Origin: Bacteroidales bacterium
Lineage (GTDB): Bacteria > Bacteroidota > Bacteroidia > Bacteroidales > UBA12077
Reading direction: 5' to 3'
NCBI GenBank assembly: GCA_028282585.1
Contig: JANQHR010000142.1
Coordinates: 1-64,000, forward strand
DNA: 64,000 bases
Every line of letters begins with the position of its first letter. The stretch's first letter is position 1. Below, one piece after another: positions 17,462 through 27,868 of this stretch. A program made the translations under genes and the position numbers. The notes beneath the pieces are model-generated. The model saw only the letters and a list, made by a program, of their open reading frames with translations. It made no database searches and was not told where the DNA came from.

Positions 17462-17968
17462 TCAAAATTTAGGTATCCATCGCCTAGCCTTTTTCATATA
17501 CTTAACATAATCATCCCCAAATTGCTTAAGCAACAATTTTTCTTCGTGTTTGGCAATAAAATTGTAAAAAAAGAAAATTAGTATAAACATGATTAATAAA
17601 GGTAATGAATACATTAAGATAGTTACTCCCAAATAAAATAACAAAGCCCCTAAATACATGGGGTGCCTTACTTTTTCATAAACTTTATGGTTTATTACTT
17701 GCGGATTCTCCGATTTAACTCCAAATATCATTTTCATGCTCCTACGAGCAAAATAAAATCCTGAAATTAATATAAATCCTCCCAATGCGATATGTAACCA
17801 CATCGGAACTTTAAAATATTCTGATTCCGGAAATTTAAAAAAGAATGTGTCTAAAACCCATAAACCAATAAAAAGCAATAAAAGGATTAGTTGGCCCAAA
17901 TCACCAAATGGATGTTCACCCGTTAAATCAGGCCTGTCAACGTGTTTTTTCACTTTATACGCTTGCAT
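17462..17968 (-). CDS. ICMT/PEMT-family membrane methyltransferase
   Basis: YEKVRHPMYLG, HEEKLL..FGDDY..Y...RRWIP; ATG at 17968 preferred. Confidence 0.88.
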   Translation of the reverse strand: MQAYKVKKHVDRPDLTGEHPFGDLGQLILLLLFIGLWVLDTFFFKFPESEYFKVPMWLHIALGGFILISGFYFARRSMKMIFGVKSENPQVINHKVYEKVRHPMYLGALLFYLGVTILMYSLPLLIMFILIFFFYNFIAKHEEKLLLKQFGDDYVKYMKKARRWIPKF

Positions 17969-18033
17969 TTTTGTAAGTATTAAAAGCAAAGGCTACCAGC
18001 CAAAAATTAAGAGCTGGTAGCTCAAAACTACAT

Positions 18034-18450
18034 TTATTTTTGTTCTTGCTCCTTACGGCGTTCCATATATTCGTTATATGCTTTTTCTCCTTCGTCCCAC
18101 CAAAAGTCATCAAAATGCCTCCAGTCCCTGCACTTGCGTTCTTTCTTATAATTATCTTTCCAATGATGAAAAAACTCTTTTTTTGGCGAACGTTTTTTGT
18201 AGTGGTTATCACTTCCGTGCTTAAAGCCGCCAAAAACTAAACGTGCAAGTAATACTATACCAGCTGCCTGCCAAAAGGTTATTGTTGTTAATCCGAATAT
18301 TGATGGCATTAACCAATTCCATAGCAACATTACAAAATAGCCAAATAAGAAGGCAAACCCTGCCGCTGCTATTGCCCCAAGTATTACAAAGCCTACTATC
18401 TTCAGCCCTTTTAATACCGGATGTGTCCTACGTCTGTATACTGTTTCCAT
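18034..18450 (-). CDS. Small membrane protein downstream of an ECF sigma factor
   Basis: VMLLWNWLMPSIFGL..ITFWQA.G motif; basic/aromatic tail. Confidence 0.8.
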   Translation of the reverse strand: METVYRRRTHPVLKGLKIVGFVILGAIAAAGFAFLFGYFVMLLWNWLMPSIFGLTTITFWQAAGIVLLARLVFGGFKHGSDNHYKKRSPKKEFFHHWKDNYKKERKCRDWRHFDDFWWDEGEKAYNEYMERRKEQEQK

Positions 18451-18471
18451 AATATTTAATTTTTATTGATT

Positions 18472-19032
18472 TCAATTTTCTATATATAAATCATCAAGCT
18501 TGATCAATTTTTTTAGCTTTTTAACTCCCCTATGTTTCCATGAGAGGAGTGTCCCAATCGGTATATCTAGTTCATCCGATAATTCCTCAAATGTATATCC
18601 TTCTATTTCAGTAGCTACAAATATCATTTGTTGATTCGGACTTAATTTGCTTAAGGCATTATTTAATTCATTGTAAAACCTTTCGTCATCAATCTCAAAA
18701 TGAATCGATTCGTCTAATACCGGTATGTTTCCGGAAAATGCATCCTCTCCTTCTTCATTCGAGAATTTTTCAAATGGAATTTCTTTCTTTTTCTTTCTCT
18801 GAAAATCGATAATCTTATTCTTTATTGACTGGTAAACATAGCCGGCAACATTTTCCAAATGCTCATCAAAATCCAGTTTAGAAAATAGATTCACTGCAAC
18901 ATCTTGCACAACATCCTCAGCACTAACATTATAATACCTTTCGTTTAAGTACCTTCTTACATATGAAACCAGGTTTCTGTATTCAGAACTTATAAATGTT
19001 TTCAGCCCCCTATTTTCTTTTTTGCCTTTCAT
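18472..19032 (-). CDS. ECF-type RNA polymerase sigma factor
   Basis: AEDVVQDV, KNKIID, EGYTFEELS..LDIPIGTLLS; ATG at 19032 preferred. Confidence 0.92.
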   Translation of the reverse strand: MKGKKENRGLKTFISSEYRNLVSYVRRYLNERYYNVSAEDVVQDVAVNLFSKLDFDEHLENVAGYVYQSIKNKIIDFQRKKKKEIPFEKFSNEEGEDAFSGNIPVLDESIHFEIDDERFYNELNNALSKLSPNQQMIFVATEIEGYTFEELSDELDIPIGTLLSWKHRGVKKLKKLIKLDDLYIEN

Positions 19033-19104
19033 ATTATACCTGACGGACACTTTAAATATTATTGCACTTTGGATTTGTTTTTTTGAAATTTGTTATGGTA
19101 TTCC

Positions 19105-19132
19105 TGTAACTTTCTTTTTCTAGTCTCGTCTT
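19105..19132 (+). promoter_or_regulatory. Candidate ECF promoter of the ABC permease
   Basis: TGTAAC-N16-CGTCTT, the typical AAC/CGT ECF architecture. Confidence 0.55.
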
Positions 19133-19190
19133 ACCTTAAATTTATATATTTACTTAACTAACCAATTACTAAGATATAAAATCAATCCAT

Positions 19191-21617
19191 ATGAGTAAAA
19201 ACATTATAAAACACAGTATAAGGGCTTTAAACAGACAGAAAGGCTATGTATTTATTAATATTATTGGCTTATCAATAGGAATTGCATGTAGCCTTTTAAT
19301 TTCGCTATTTGTAATTAACGAACTTAGTTACGATCAGTTTAATGTATTAAAAGACAGAATATACCGGGTTAATTTACATGGAAAAATAAGTGGCCAGGAA
19401 GCGCATGTTTCATCGACCAGCTCGCCACTCGGGCCAACAATGCTCCAAGAATTTCCGGAAGTTGAAGATTTTACACGCTTTGACAGCCGAGGAAAAACCG
19501 TTATAAAATTTGAAGATAAGAGTTTTGCTGAAGAAGCGTTTGCCCTTGTTGATTCATCTTTTTTTAAAATATTTTCAATAAACCTGCTTAAGGGAGATAA
19601 AAATGCTATTTTAAATGCACCATATCAAGTAGTTGTAAGCAAAACAACAGCCAAAAAATTCTTTGGGAACGATGAGCCCATTGATAAAATGATTCAAGTT
19701 AGCACGGATACGAATTTGTACAGGGTAGTTGGAGTTATGGAGGATATTCCCGAAAATTCGAGCTTTGAAGTAGATTTGTTCGGTTCATTTTTATCTAGCC
19801 GCCGGGCCAACGACGGTTATTGGTTATCGAATAGTTTCGAAACCTACATTCTGGCTAAAGAAGGCACTTCGGCTGATGCTATCAATTCGAAAATACACCC
19901 TATGTTGGTTAAATACGTGGGTCCGCTCATCCAACAATATTTTGGAATTTCTTTCGATGAGTTTTTAAGTAAAGGCAACCAATATATATACCGCTTGCAA
20001 CCTTTATTAAAAGTTCACCTGGACCCAAGCATCGAACATGAAGTTAAAAATGCCAGTGACCCAAAATTTCTTTACATTTTTGGTGGAATTGCAATTTTAA
20101 TCATTGTAATCGCTGCCATTAACTTCATGAATTTGTCAACTGCACAAGCTGCCAAACGAGCAAAGGAAGTTGGCATTAAAAAAGTAAGCGGGTCATCTAA
20201 GGGTATGCTGGTTCAACAATTTATTGCAGAGTCCATGGTTCTTGCATTTTTATCTTTAATTATAGCCATCTTGATTATGGAATTATCACTGCCATATTTT
20301 AATAACCTCTTAAACTCAAACCTACACTTAGATTACCTGGGTGAATGGTATACAATTCCAGGCTTATTGGCTCTTACATTATTTATAGGTTTCCTTTCGG
20401 GAAGTTACCCGGCCTTTTACCTTTCAGCCTTTAAACCTGTTTCGGTACTTAAGGGAAATATAAAAGACAGCATGAAAAATGGTAAACTAAGGAGTATACT
20501 GGTAATCTTGCAATTTGGAATTTCAATCATCTTAATTGTTGGGACCCTCATTATTTTCAGGCAAATCAATTTTATGCTTAACAAAGATATGGGCTTTAAC
20601 CAGGATCAATTAATGGTAATTTCAAGGGCAAACGTAGTAGGAAAGAAAATTAAACCGTTTAAAAATGAACTCTTAAACTTACAAGGAGTTGAAAGTGTTT
20701 CAGCCTCAACTGCGGCACCGGCACACAACAATAATGGCAATGGCTATACTATTGAAGGGAGAAACCAGGAATCCTATTTACTGGAAACAAACTGGGTTGA
20801 CTACGACTACTTTAAAACATATGGAATTTCTTTAGTATCGGGAAGACTCTTTGATGAAGAATTTAAAACCGATGAAGAAGCTTGTATTGTTAACCAAAGT
20901 GCAGTAAACAATTTCAATTTAGAGGATCCATTTGCTGTGAGGTTTATTGTTCCGGAAGATGACCCGGAAGCTGAAACCAAGTATATGCCAATCATTGGGG
21001 TTGTAAATGATTTCCATTTCAGGTCGTTGCATAGCCGTATTGAACCCTATATGTTCAGGTTTAAAAACGAAGATATTAACTGGGGCTATATAAGTGTGAG
21101 AATTGCTAAAGATGCACCTGCAACTGTTTTAAAGGAAATTGAAAATGTATGGAACAACTTTACTTCCAATGAACCAATCCAGTATTTTTACATGGATGAA
21201 TCGTTAAGGGAATTATATTTAGAAGAACAGCAAAATTCAAAACTTTCTATTATGTTTACCATACTTGCCATCATCATAGCCTCGCTGGGCTTGTTTGGCC
21301 TAACATCATTCACCGTTGAACAGCGAACCAAAGAAATCGGCATTCGAAAAGCCATGGGGGCTTCCGTAGGAAGAATATTTTACATTATTTCGAAAGAAAT
21401 CATGGTATTGGTTGCTATCTCAACCCTGATAGCATGGCCCATTGTTTTCTTTATTGCAAAAAACTGGCTGCAAAATTACCACTATAAAATCCACCTTGGA
21501 ATTTTTGATTTTTTGATTGGTTTTGTAATTGCATTGAGCATCGCTTTATTAACAATAAGCTACAGGGCCTTAAAATCGGCACGAATGAACCCGGCAGAGT
21601 CGTTGCGTTACGAATAA
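19191..21617 (+). CDS. ABC transporter permease, duplicated MacB-PCD/FtsX type
   Basis: INIIGLSIGIA, INFMNLSTA..KRAKEVGIKKV.G, QRTKEIGIRKAMGAS, NPAESLRYE. Confidence 0.95.
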   Translation: MSKNIIKHSIRALNRQKGYVFINIIGLSIGIACSLLISLFVINELSYDQFNVLKDRIYRVNLHGKISGQEAHVSSTSSPLGPTMLQEFPEVEDFTRFDSRGKTVIKFEDKSFAEEAFALVDSSFFKIFSINLLKGDKNAILNAPYQVVVSKTTAKKFFGNDEPIDKMIQVSTDTNLYRVVGVMEDIPENSSFEVDLFGSFLSSRRANDGYWLSNSFETYILAKEGTSADAINSKIHPMLVKYVGPLIQQYFGISFDEFLSKGNQYIYRLQPLLKVHLDPSIEHEVKNASDPKFLYIFGGIAILIIVIAAINFMNLSTAQAAKRAKEVGIKKVSGSSKGMLVQQFIAESMVLAFLSLIIAILIMELSLPYFNNLLNSNLHLDYLGEWYTIPGLLALTLFIGFLSGSYPAFYLSAFKPVSVLKGNIKDSMKNGKLRSILVILQFGISIILIVGTLIIFRQINFMLNKDMGFNQDQLMVISRANVVGKKIKPFKNELLNLQGVESVSASTAAPAHNNNGNGYTIEGRNQESYLLETNWVDYDYFKTYGISLVSGRLFDEEFKTDEEACIVNQSAVNNFNLEDPFAVRFIVPEDDPEAETKYMPIIGVVNDFHFRSLHSRIEPYMFRFKNEDINWGYISVRIAKDAPATVLKEIENVWNNFTSNEPIQYFYMDESLRELYLEEQQNSKLSIMFTILAIIIASLGLFGLTSFTVEQRTKEIGIRKAMGASVGRIFYIISKEIMVLVAISTLIAWPIVFFIAKNWLQNYHYKIHLGIFDFLIGFVIALSIALLTISYRALKSARMNPAESLRYE

Positions 21618-21632
21618 TATATATTTTAACTA

Positions 21633-21658
21633 AAAAGCGAAGTTTAGGCTTCGCTTTT
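21633..21658. terminator. Bidirectional terminator
   Basis: aaaagcgaag-tttagg-cttcgctttt. Confidence 0.85.
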
Positions 21659-22097
21659 ACTTATTTAGAATTTCTTCGAGTAGCTCGACTGATTCTTTTA
21701 CGTAATTAGAACACTTTTTGAAGAAGACATCTTCTTTTTCAGCTTGTTGCCTCCCTTCTTCTGTATTCAGATCAAAATCTATTAAAGCCTTACAGTTGAT
21801 GCTATCGAATTTTTCTGTATACTTTTGAGAAAATTCCTGAATTAGTTCGTTAGTTTTTTCCTTGGCCTTCTCATCTCCGCGTTTATATTTTCCATTTAAA
21901 AATCCTATAACCATAAATGCTCCTGTAACAGCACCACAAGTCTCTTGCATTCTTCCCATACCAGCACCAAAACCTGACGCTATTCTTAAAACAACTTCTT
22001 CATCTATTTCTAATTTATCTGAAAAAGAGGCAATAACGGATTGCGCACAATTAAAACTATCAAAGTAATAATCGAGCGCTCTTTCTGATCTTAACAT
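21657..22097 (-). CDS. C_GCAxxG_C_C family putative redox protein
   Basis: FNCAQSV, GFGAGMG, TCGAVTGA, SINC, later Cys. Confidence 0.92.
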   Translation of the reverse strand: MLRSERALDYYFDSFNCAQSVIASFSDKLEIDEEVVLRIASGFGAGMGRMQETCGAVTGAFMVIGFLNGKYKRGDEKAKEKTNELIQEFSQKYTEKFDSINCKALIDFDLNTEEGRQQAEKEDVFFKKCSNYVKESVELLEEILNK

Positions 22098-22101
22098 ATA
22101 A

Positions 22102-22347
22102 CTAGGCTAGTTTCTTTCTGTTAATTACCTGATAAAATTTTTTAGTAAAATGACCACCGCAATTTACCAAGTTATATTTTGGAACAAATGGTTCTGTTAA
22201 ATCTATTTCAACTCTTGCCTTAGGGTTAGATTCAAGATGTCCAATCAATTTAAGATAGTCCTTTACAACATCGTATTCAATATAATCCAAATCTAGCGGA
22301 TCTTTTAGAGCAATTTCTTTTCCATTCTTTAAACAAGTAATTTTCAT
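22102..22347 (-). CDS. Hypothetical protein (81 aa)
   Basis: ATG at 22347; stop 4 nt before the next gene, as in an operon. Confidence 0.6.
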   Translation of the reverse strand: MKITCLKNGKEIALKDPLDLDYIEYDVVKDYLKLIGHLESNPKARVEIDLTEPFVPKYNLVNCGGHFTKKFYQVINRKKLA

Positions 22348-22646
22348 AGTAGTTGATTTTATTCTTTCTAGTCCGTTTTTTTGCAAAAACCAGACCAGAA
22401 TATTACCGAGATTAAATCTAAGATAAAAAAATATTTCCTAAACCAGAAAAACGTTTAATAAAAATAAACCATTCCTTACTTTGGTATTCATCTATTCCTA
22501 TTGATGATATTTTTTTACATTAAGTTGCGTACGAACATTATTTTTACAAATCACTCCAATTGAACAAATTTATAGTTCTATAGTTCAACAAAGTAAAGTG
22601 TTAATTATGAAGCTAAAATGAAGTTGAATTTATTAAATAGTAAAAA

Positions 22647-23168
22647 ATGAAAAAACATTGGGCAATTATACTTGTATTTTTTATAAATATTAACCTTTTT
22701 GCACAAACGAACATTAAAAAACTTGAACCCGAAAAGTATTTCGATTTTTGGGTAGGAGAATGGGAACTAATTTGGCAAACAACGGATAAGAAAGTGGGAG
22801 AAGGAGAAAATCATATTTTCAAAACCTTAAATGATCGTATTATTGAAGAAAACTTTAAAGTTATTAACGATGATAATATGAAGGGATTTGTTGGTAAAAG
22901 CTGGAGTGTGTATAATAAAAACAATAATACCTGGTATCAAACCTGGGTAGATAATCAAGGTTCTTACCTGGATTTTGTCGGTGAATTTGATGGAAACAAA
23001 AGAATTTTTAAAAGGGAATTTACCTTATCTAATGGTAGGTTGGTAAAACAACGCATGATTTTTTATAATATTAAAAAGGATTCGTTTACCTGGGACTGGG
23101 AAAGTTCAATAGACAATGGAAAAACCTGGGATTTGAAATGGAGAATTTTTTACTCAAGAAAGAAATAA
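22647..23168 (+). CDS. Secreted beta-rich hypothetical protein
   Basis: Signal peptide; FDFWVGEW, WYQTWVDNQG, WESSIDNGKTW. Confidence 0.8.
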   Translation: MKKHWAIILVFFININLFAQTNIKKLEPEKYFDFWVGEWELIWQTTDKKVGEGENHIFKTLNDRIIEENFKVINDDNMKGFVGKSWSVYNKNNNTWYQTWVDNQGSYLDFVGEFDGNKRIFKREFTLSNGRLVKQRMIFYNIKKDSFTWDWESSIDNGKTWDLKWRIFYSRKK

Positions 23169-23227
23169 TTATTTAAGTTATATTTAGTAAAACATAATTT
23201 TACAAAATTATTTCTAATATAATTTAT

Positions 23228-23863
23228 ATGTTGAGCTATTATCTTCTTTTAGGGATTAGTTATGCTTTTGCTGCAGGAATACAACCAGGACCTCTTCAAA
23301 CTTACTTTATTTCTCAAACTTTAAAAAATGGTTGGAAAAAAACTTTACCGGCAACATTAGCTCCTCTTATAAGTGATATCCCAATTGCTATTTTAACTCT
23401 TTTTATACTCAAATCAGTTCCTGAAAATTTTACGTTCTTTTTAAGGCTAGCAGGTGGCCTATTTCTGTTGTACCTGGCTTATAAAGCGTTTAAATCATGG
23501 AATAAATATGATTTAAACCAGGAAACTTCTGAGCTTTCTGGTAAACAAACTTTATATGGTGCAATAGTCGTAAACCTTTTGAATCCTAACCCATACTTGG
23601 GATGGAGCTTGATTATGGGACCTTTACTTTTAGAAGGTTGGAAAATTGCACCTCTTAATGGAATTACATTAATTTTTGGATTCTATCTAACTTTGATTTT
23701 TACTATGGCAGGTACAATAATACTATTTGATTTTGCCAGAAGACTTGGACCAAAAATTATTAAGATCTTGCTTGGCTTATCCGCGCTTGTGCTTTTTTTA
23801 TTTGGTATTTATCAAATCTGGTTAGGAGTTGAGTTTCTTACACAATTTATGGTCAAGCATTAA
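23228..23863 (+). CDS. LysE/RhtB family exporter
   Basis: PGP motif, GGLFLLYLA, VNLLNP, hydrophobic throughout. Confidence 0.9.
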   Translation: MLSYYLLLGISYAFAAGIQPGPLQTYFISQTLKNGWKKTLPATLAPLISDIPIAILTLFILKSVPENFTFFLRLAGGLFLLYLAYKAFKSWNKYDLNQETSELSGKQTLYGAIVVNLLNPNPYLGWSLIMGPLLLEGWKIAPLNGITLIFGFYLTLIFTMAGTIILFDFARRLGPKIIKILLGLSALVLFLFGIYQIWLGVEFLTQFMVKH

Positions 23864-23887
23864 AAAAGGAGCTGTTAAGCTCCTTTT
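23864..23887. terminator. Bidirectional terminator
   Basis: aaaaggagct-gtta-agctcctttt. Confidence 0.85.
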
Positions 23888-23926
23888 ACATATTCAATAC
23901 GTTTTACTTTCATATTCTATATTCTT

Positions 23927-24673
23927 TTATTTTTCTTCACTTTTTACATTTCCTATTATGATTTCAATATTTTCTTTCGATTCGCCTTCTTTTCTAATTA
24001 TAACTTCTTTTATGATCTTATGCTTTCCATTTAAATCTTTAAAAATATCAGATGTACTTTCGTCATTGGAGTAAATAAATAACTTATTATTACCACTACC
24101 TATTAAATTATCTAATGAATCAATAGACCAAACCTTTGATTTATCCAATTTCTTTTTTATTGCTTCTACATTTTCACCTTTTCCGCTTTTTAAGACAATA
24201 ATTCCGTCTTCATCATCAACATGTATGCCATGAATTACTTTAACAGAATCATCCATAATCCAGGTTAAGCCTTTATTAAATTTAATTTTAGAACTATTTT
24301 TATCTCTATAAAAGTGCCATAATTCGTTTGATAAAGAATCTTTATCATATTCTCCATGAATATTCCAATACATATTCAAAATTGAATCACATGATTGGCC
24401 TTTATCCGAAATAGCAATAAATCTTGAACCTTTATTTGACAAAACTTTATATTCTCCCAAAATACTATCTAATCCATGATGTTCATGTAAACCTTTATCG
24501 GTAAGGTAATAAATTCCTTCTCCCTTTGAAATATGAACTGTATCAAACTCTTCTATTACTTTACCATCCTTTTCTTTTATAACTTTTAAATAGATCTTTT
24601 CTTCATGCTGTGCATGTAATTCTAATACGCTTGTTATGAAAACTGCAAGAATTGTAAATAAAATTTTTTTCAT
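23927..24673 (-). CDS. Secreted hypothetical protein divergent from the two-component system
   Basis: Signal peptide MKKILFTILAVF...LHA; no recognised domain. Confidence 0.75.
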   Translation of the reverse strand: MKKILFTILAVFITSVLELHAQHEEKIYLKVIKEKDGKVIEEFDTVHISKGEGIYYLTDKGLHEHHGLDSILGEYKVLSNKGSRFIAISDKGQSCDSILNMYWNIHGEYDKDSLSNELWHFYRDKNSSKIKFNKGLTWIMDDSVKVIHGIHVDDEDGIIVLKSGKGENVEAIKKKLDKSKVWSIDSLDNLIGSGNNKLFIYSNDESTSDIFKDLNGKHKIIKEVIIRKEGESKENIEIIIGNVKSEEK

Positions 24674-24742
24674 AATTTTTTGTTTTAGTTATTTATTACA
24701 AAATTTACTAAGCAAAGCTATAAGAGTTTGAATTTCAATTCA

Positions 24743-24780
24743 GTTAATGGTCTCTTAAAAACCGTTAAAGAAATGTTAAA
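24743..24780. promoter_or_regulatory. Tandem (G/C)TTAA boxes, candidate OmpR/RprY-family site
   Basis: GTTAAT 24743, CTTAAA 24754, GTTAAA 24764, GTTAAA 24775 (10-11 bp period). Confidence 0.55.
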
Positions 24781-24831
24781 GTTTCTATATCAGGTCGAAT
24801 TATATTTATCTTTGAATCAAATTCAATAAAA

Positions 24832-26469
24832 ATGAGAAAATATTCTCTGCAAATTTTAGTAGTTATTATGTCAATTTCTTTGGTCGGTATTGTAGTAGTT
24901 CAAGCTTTTTGGATAAAAAATGCCATTCAGGTTAAAGAAACAGAATATAAGGAAAATGTGCGGGAAGCTATTGCCAGTATTATTAAAAAAATTGAAAGAA
25001 AACAAGCTGTAGTTTTCATTTCAGAAAATCTAGAAAGCTTTGATATACAAAGAATAGAAAATTCATCTATAATGAGTAAGGGATTCGTTGAATATTTCCA
25101 CGGAGACACTATTTTACATTTCAATACCGACTCTTTTGAATATATAACTGATAATGAATTTAAAATAAATATTGCTTCAAATTCTACAGCAAAAACAAGA
25201 AATGAACAGTTAAAAGTTTTAAGGGAAACTAAACACCAAAAAAAAACTAATAATCCCATAGTCTTATCTACAATAAAATACACGGGGAATGATAAAAATA
25301 TAATTGTTCTTCAGGACAGTGTAACGGTTAATTCAAATATTCTCTCTACCAGAGAGGTTTATTTAAATGTACTTGACGATATGATTCATGAATATGAAAC
25401 AAGGTACAATCCTATTGAAGACAGGCTTGAAATCGAAAGATTAGATACGCTTATAAAAACTGAAATTCTCGAAAAAGGTTTAGATAAAGATTATGAATAT
25501 GCTATCATTGATAATCGAAGAGATTCTATTTATAAAAAATCGGAGGGTTTTATTGATGGATTTGTTCCAAAATCATTTAAAGCCAGCTTATTCCCAGATG
25601 CCCTGGTTGATGAACCGATCCATTTATACCTATATCTACCTGGTATGAATAGTGTGATATATAAATCTATATCTTACATGCTTCTCGGTTCTATCACTTT
25701 TACATTGGTCATCATTGTTATATTTTTTGTTACCGCAAGAATTACGTTTAAACAAAAAAAATTATCCGAGATTAAATCTGATTTTATTAACAACATGACG
25801 CATGAGTTTAAAACTCCGATTGCTACTATTTCTTTAGCCGCTGATTCGATAATAAATCCAAGGATTATTTCCAACGAAGAAAAAATAAATGAATTTGTCA
25901 AAATAATTAAGGAAGAAAATCGCCGAATGAATAACCAGGTTGAAAGCGTATTACAAATTTCATTATTAGAAAAAGAGAAATATAAGGTCAATCTGCAAAA
26001 GTTTGATTTACATGAATTAATACAAAAAGCAGTTAAAAACATCGAACTTAAAATAAAAGAAAAATCAGGAGTATTAAAAGTTTCTCTTGAGGCGGAAAAC
26101 CCATTTTCATTAGTAGATGAAACTCATTTTTTAAATATTATCCATAATTTATTAGATAATGCAATAAAATACTCTCCTGAGATTCTTGTTATAACCTTAA
26201 AAACCCGAAATCAAAACGGAAATATTCATATCAGTATTGAAGATCATGGAATTGGGATCAAAAATGATGAGCTGGTTAGGATTTTTGATAAGTTCTATCG
26301 AGTACCAACAGGGAATGTTCATAATGTAAAAGGTTTTGGTTTGGGTTTAAGTTATGTGAAAGCAATAGTTACTGAATTTAATGGATCCATTCATGCTAAT
26401 AGTGAATCTGGCAAGGGTTCCAAATTTGAAATGAATTTACCTGTAATACCTGTTAACAATGGAAAATAG
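24832..26469 (+). CDS. Sensor histidine kinase, RprX-like
   Basis: Two TM segments; DFINNMTHEFKTPIATISLA, NLLDNAIKY, HNVKGFGLGLSYV. Confidence 0.93.
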   Translation: MRKYSLQILVVIMSISLVGIVVVQAFWIKNAIQVKETEYKENVREAIASIIKKIERKQAVVFISENLESFDIQRIENSSIMSKGFVEYFHGDTILHFNTDSFEYITDNEFKINIASNSTAKTRNEQLKVLRETKHQKKTNNPIVLSTIKYTGNDKNIIVLQDSVTVNSNILSTREVYLNVLDDMIHEYETRYNPIEDRLEIERLDTLIKTEILEKGLDKDYEYAIIDNRRDSIYKKSEGFIDGFVPKSFKASLFPDALVDEPIHLYLYLPGMNSVIYKSISYMLLGSITFTLVIIVIFFVTARITFKQKKLSEIKSDFINNMTHEFKTPIATISLAADSIINPRIISNEEKINEFVKIIKEENRRMNNQVESVLQISLLEKEKYKVNLQKFDLHELIQKAVKNIELKIKEKSGVLKVSLEAENPFSLVDETHFLNIIHNLLDNAIKYSPEILVITLKTRNQNGNIHISIEDHGIGIKNDELVRIFDKFYRVPTGNVHNVKGFGLGLSYVKAIVTEFNGSIHANSESGKGSKFEMNLPVIPVNNGK

Positions 26470-27145
26470 AAATAATATATTTTTACTTGAAGATGATGAG
26501 AATTTTGGTTCGGTATTAAAATCATATCTTGAAATGAATGATTTTAATGTATCGTGGACGAAGGATGGTTCCCAGGCAATACTTAACTTTCAGGCAGGTC
26601 AATTTGACTTTTGCATATTAGATATAATGTTACCAAATCTTGATGGTTTTACTATAGCTAAGAAGATAAAAACAATAGATCCGGAGATTCCTACCATTTT
26701 CCTTACTGCAAAAACATTAAAAGAAGATATTTTGCAAGGTTATAAAATTGGTGTCGACGATTATGTAACTAAACCTTTTGACTCTGAAGTGTTACTTTAT
26801 AAAATTAAAGCAATTATAAAGCGTAAATCGGAACTAGATGATTCAACAGATTTTAAGATTGGTAATTATACATTCGATTCCGAGTTAAGAATACTGTCAC
26901 ATGAGCATAATTCAATAAAACTTTCACCTAAAGAAAATGATTTGCTAAAAATGCTTTGTTTAAGTATGAACAAAATCCTGGACAGAGATAAGGCTTTAAA
27001 TAAAATTTGGGGTGAAGAAGGTTACTTTACAGCCCGAAGCATGGACGTATACATCACTAAATTAAGAAAATATTTAAAAAACGATTCCTCCATAGAAATC
27101 GAAAATATCCATGGAAGCGGATTTATACTTAAAGTAACAGAGTAA
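26459..27145 (+). CDS. rprY: OmpR-family response regulator, RprY-like
   Basis: LLEDDENFG, ILDIMLP, FLTAK, IWGEEGYFTARSMDVYITKLRKYL; overlaps the kinase gene. Confidence 0.85.
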   Translation: MENRNNIFLLEDDENFGSVLKSYLEMNDFNVSWTKDGSQAILNFQAGQFDFCILDIMLPNLDGFTIAKKIKTIDPEIPTIFLTAKTLKEDILQGYKIGVDDYVTKPFDSEVLLYKIKAIIKRKSELDDSTDFKIGNYTFDSELRILSHEHNSIKLSPKENDLLKMLCLSMNKILDRDKALNKIWGEEGYFTARSMDVYITKLRKYLKNDSSIEIENIHGSGFILKVTE

Positions 27146-27310
27146 AATTTGTTCGTTAATTAAAGATTATACAAAATGTATTGTTGGAACCTCTATTACT
27201 GTTTAGTGGTTGCAAGCTCTTAGTTGTAAACACTCAAAAAATAAACAACATTTAGTTGAATACTCAATAATTAAACCGTATAATCGAAACTTTGAACTTC
27301 AAACTAATTA

Positions 27311-27556
27311 CTAATCTTCACAATATTCGCCTAAAGTTTGCCCAACCTTTTGAAGATAAAAATTCTGATCTTTTTCCTTTAAATGTAATCCTTTGATATC
27401 GTGTTCGGCTTCTTCCTGGATTAAAGGCAGAATTGAGCGTGAACTACAGTATTCAAAAGGATCCTCTTCCCAAAAGATTTCCATTATGTTTTCTTTTAGG
27501 TTTTCAACGACCGTTTGGGCCGAATTGATTTTTGTGTGGTAACTTATTGATCTCAT
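27311..27556 (-). CDS. Hypothetical acidic protein (81 aa)
   Basis: ATG ORF that fills an otherwise empty gap. Confidence 0.55.
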   Translation of the reverse strand: MRSISYHTKINSAQTVVENLKENIMEIFWEEDPFEYCSSRSILPLIQEEAEHDIKGLHLKEKDQNFYLQKVGQTLGEYCED

Positions 27557-27868
27557 ACACTAATAATGAAACAATTACATATATGCAAGTTATATAATGT
27601 TATTAATAAAGTAAATATTATAGAATATATATTTTTGTATTCTAGAACATAATTTTGGTATTGACTTTATTACCTAGATTTCGTATTGCGTTACACCTCA
27701 AATTATTAAAGATTACTCTTACAACATTTTGATGCTTACCTATAATCACTAATAATCATTTATGACATAATTGCATATAATTTCCGGTTTTATATACTAT
27801 CTTGTCACTAAATAATATTAGGAACAGTATTTGAAAACATTACTAAAATTATTTGAAAAGGAGAAATA

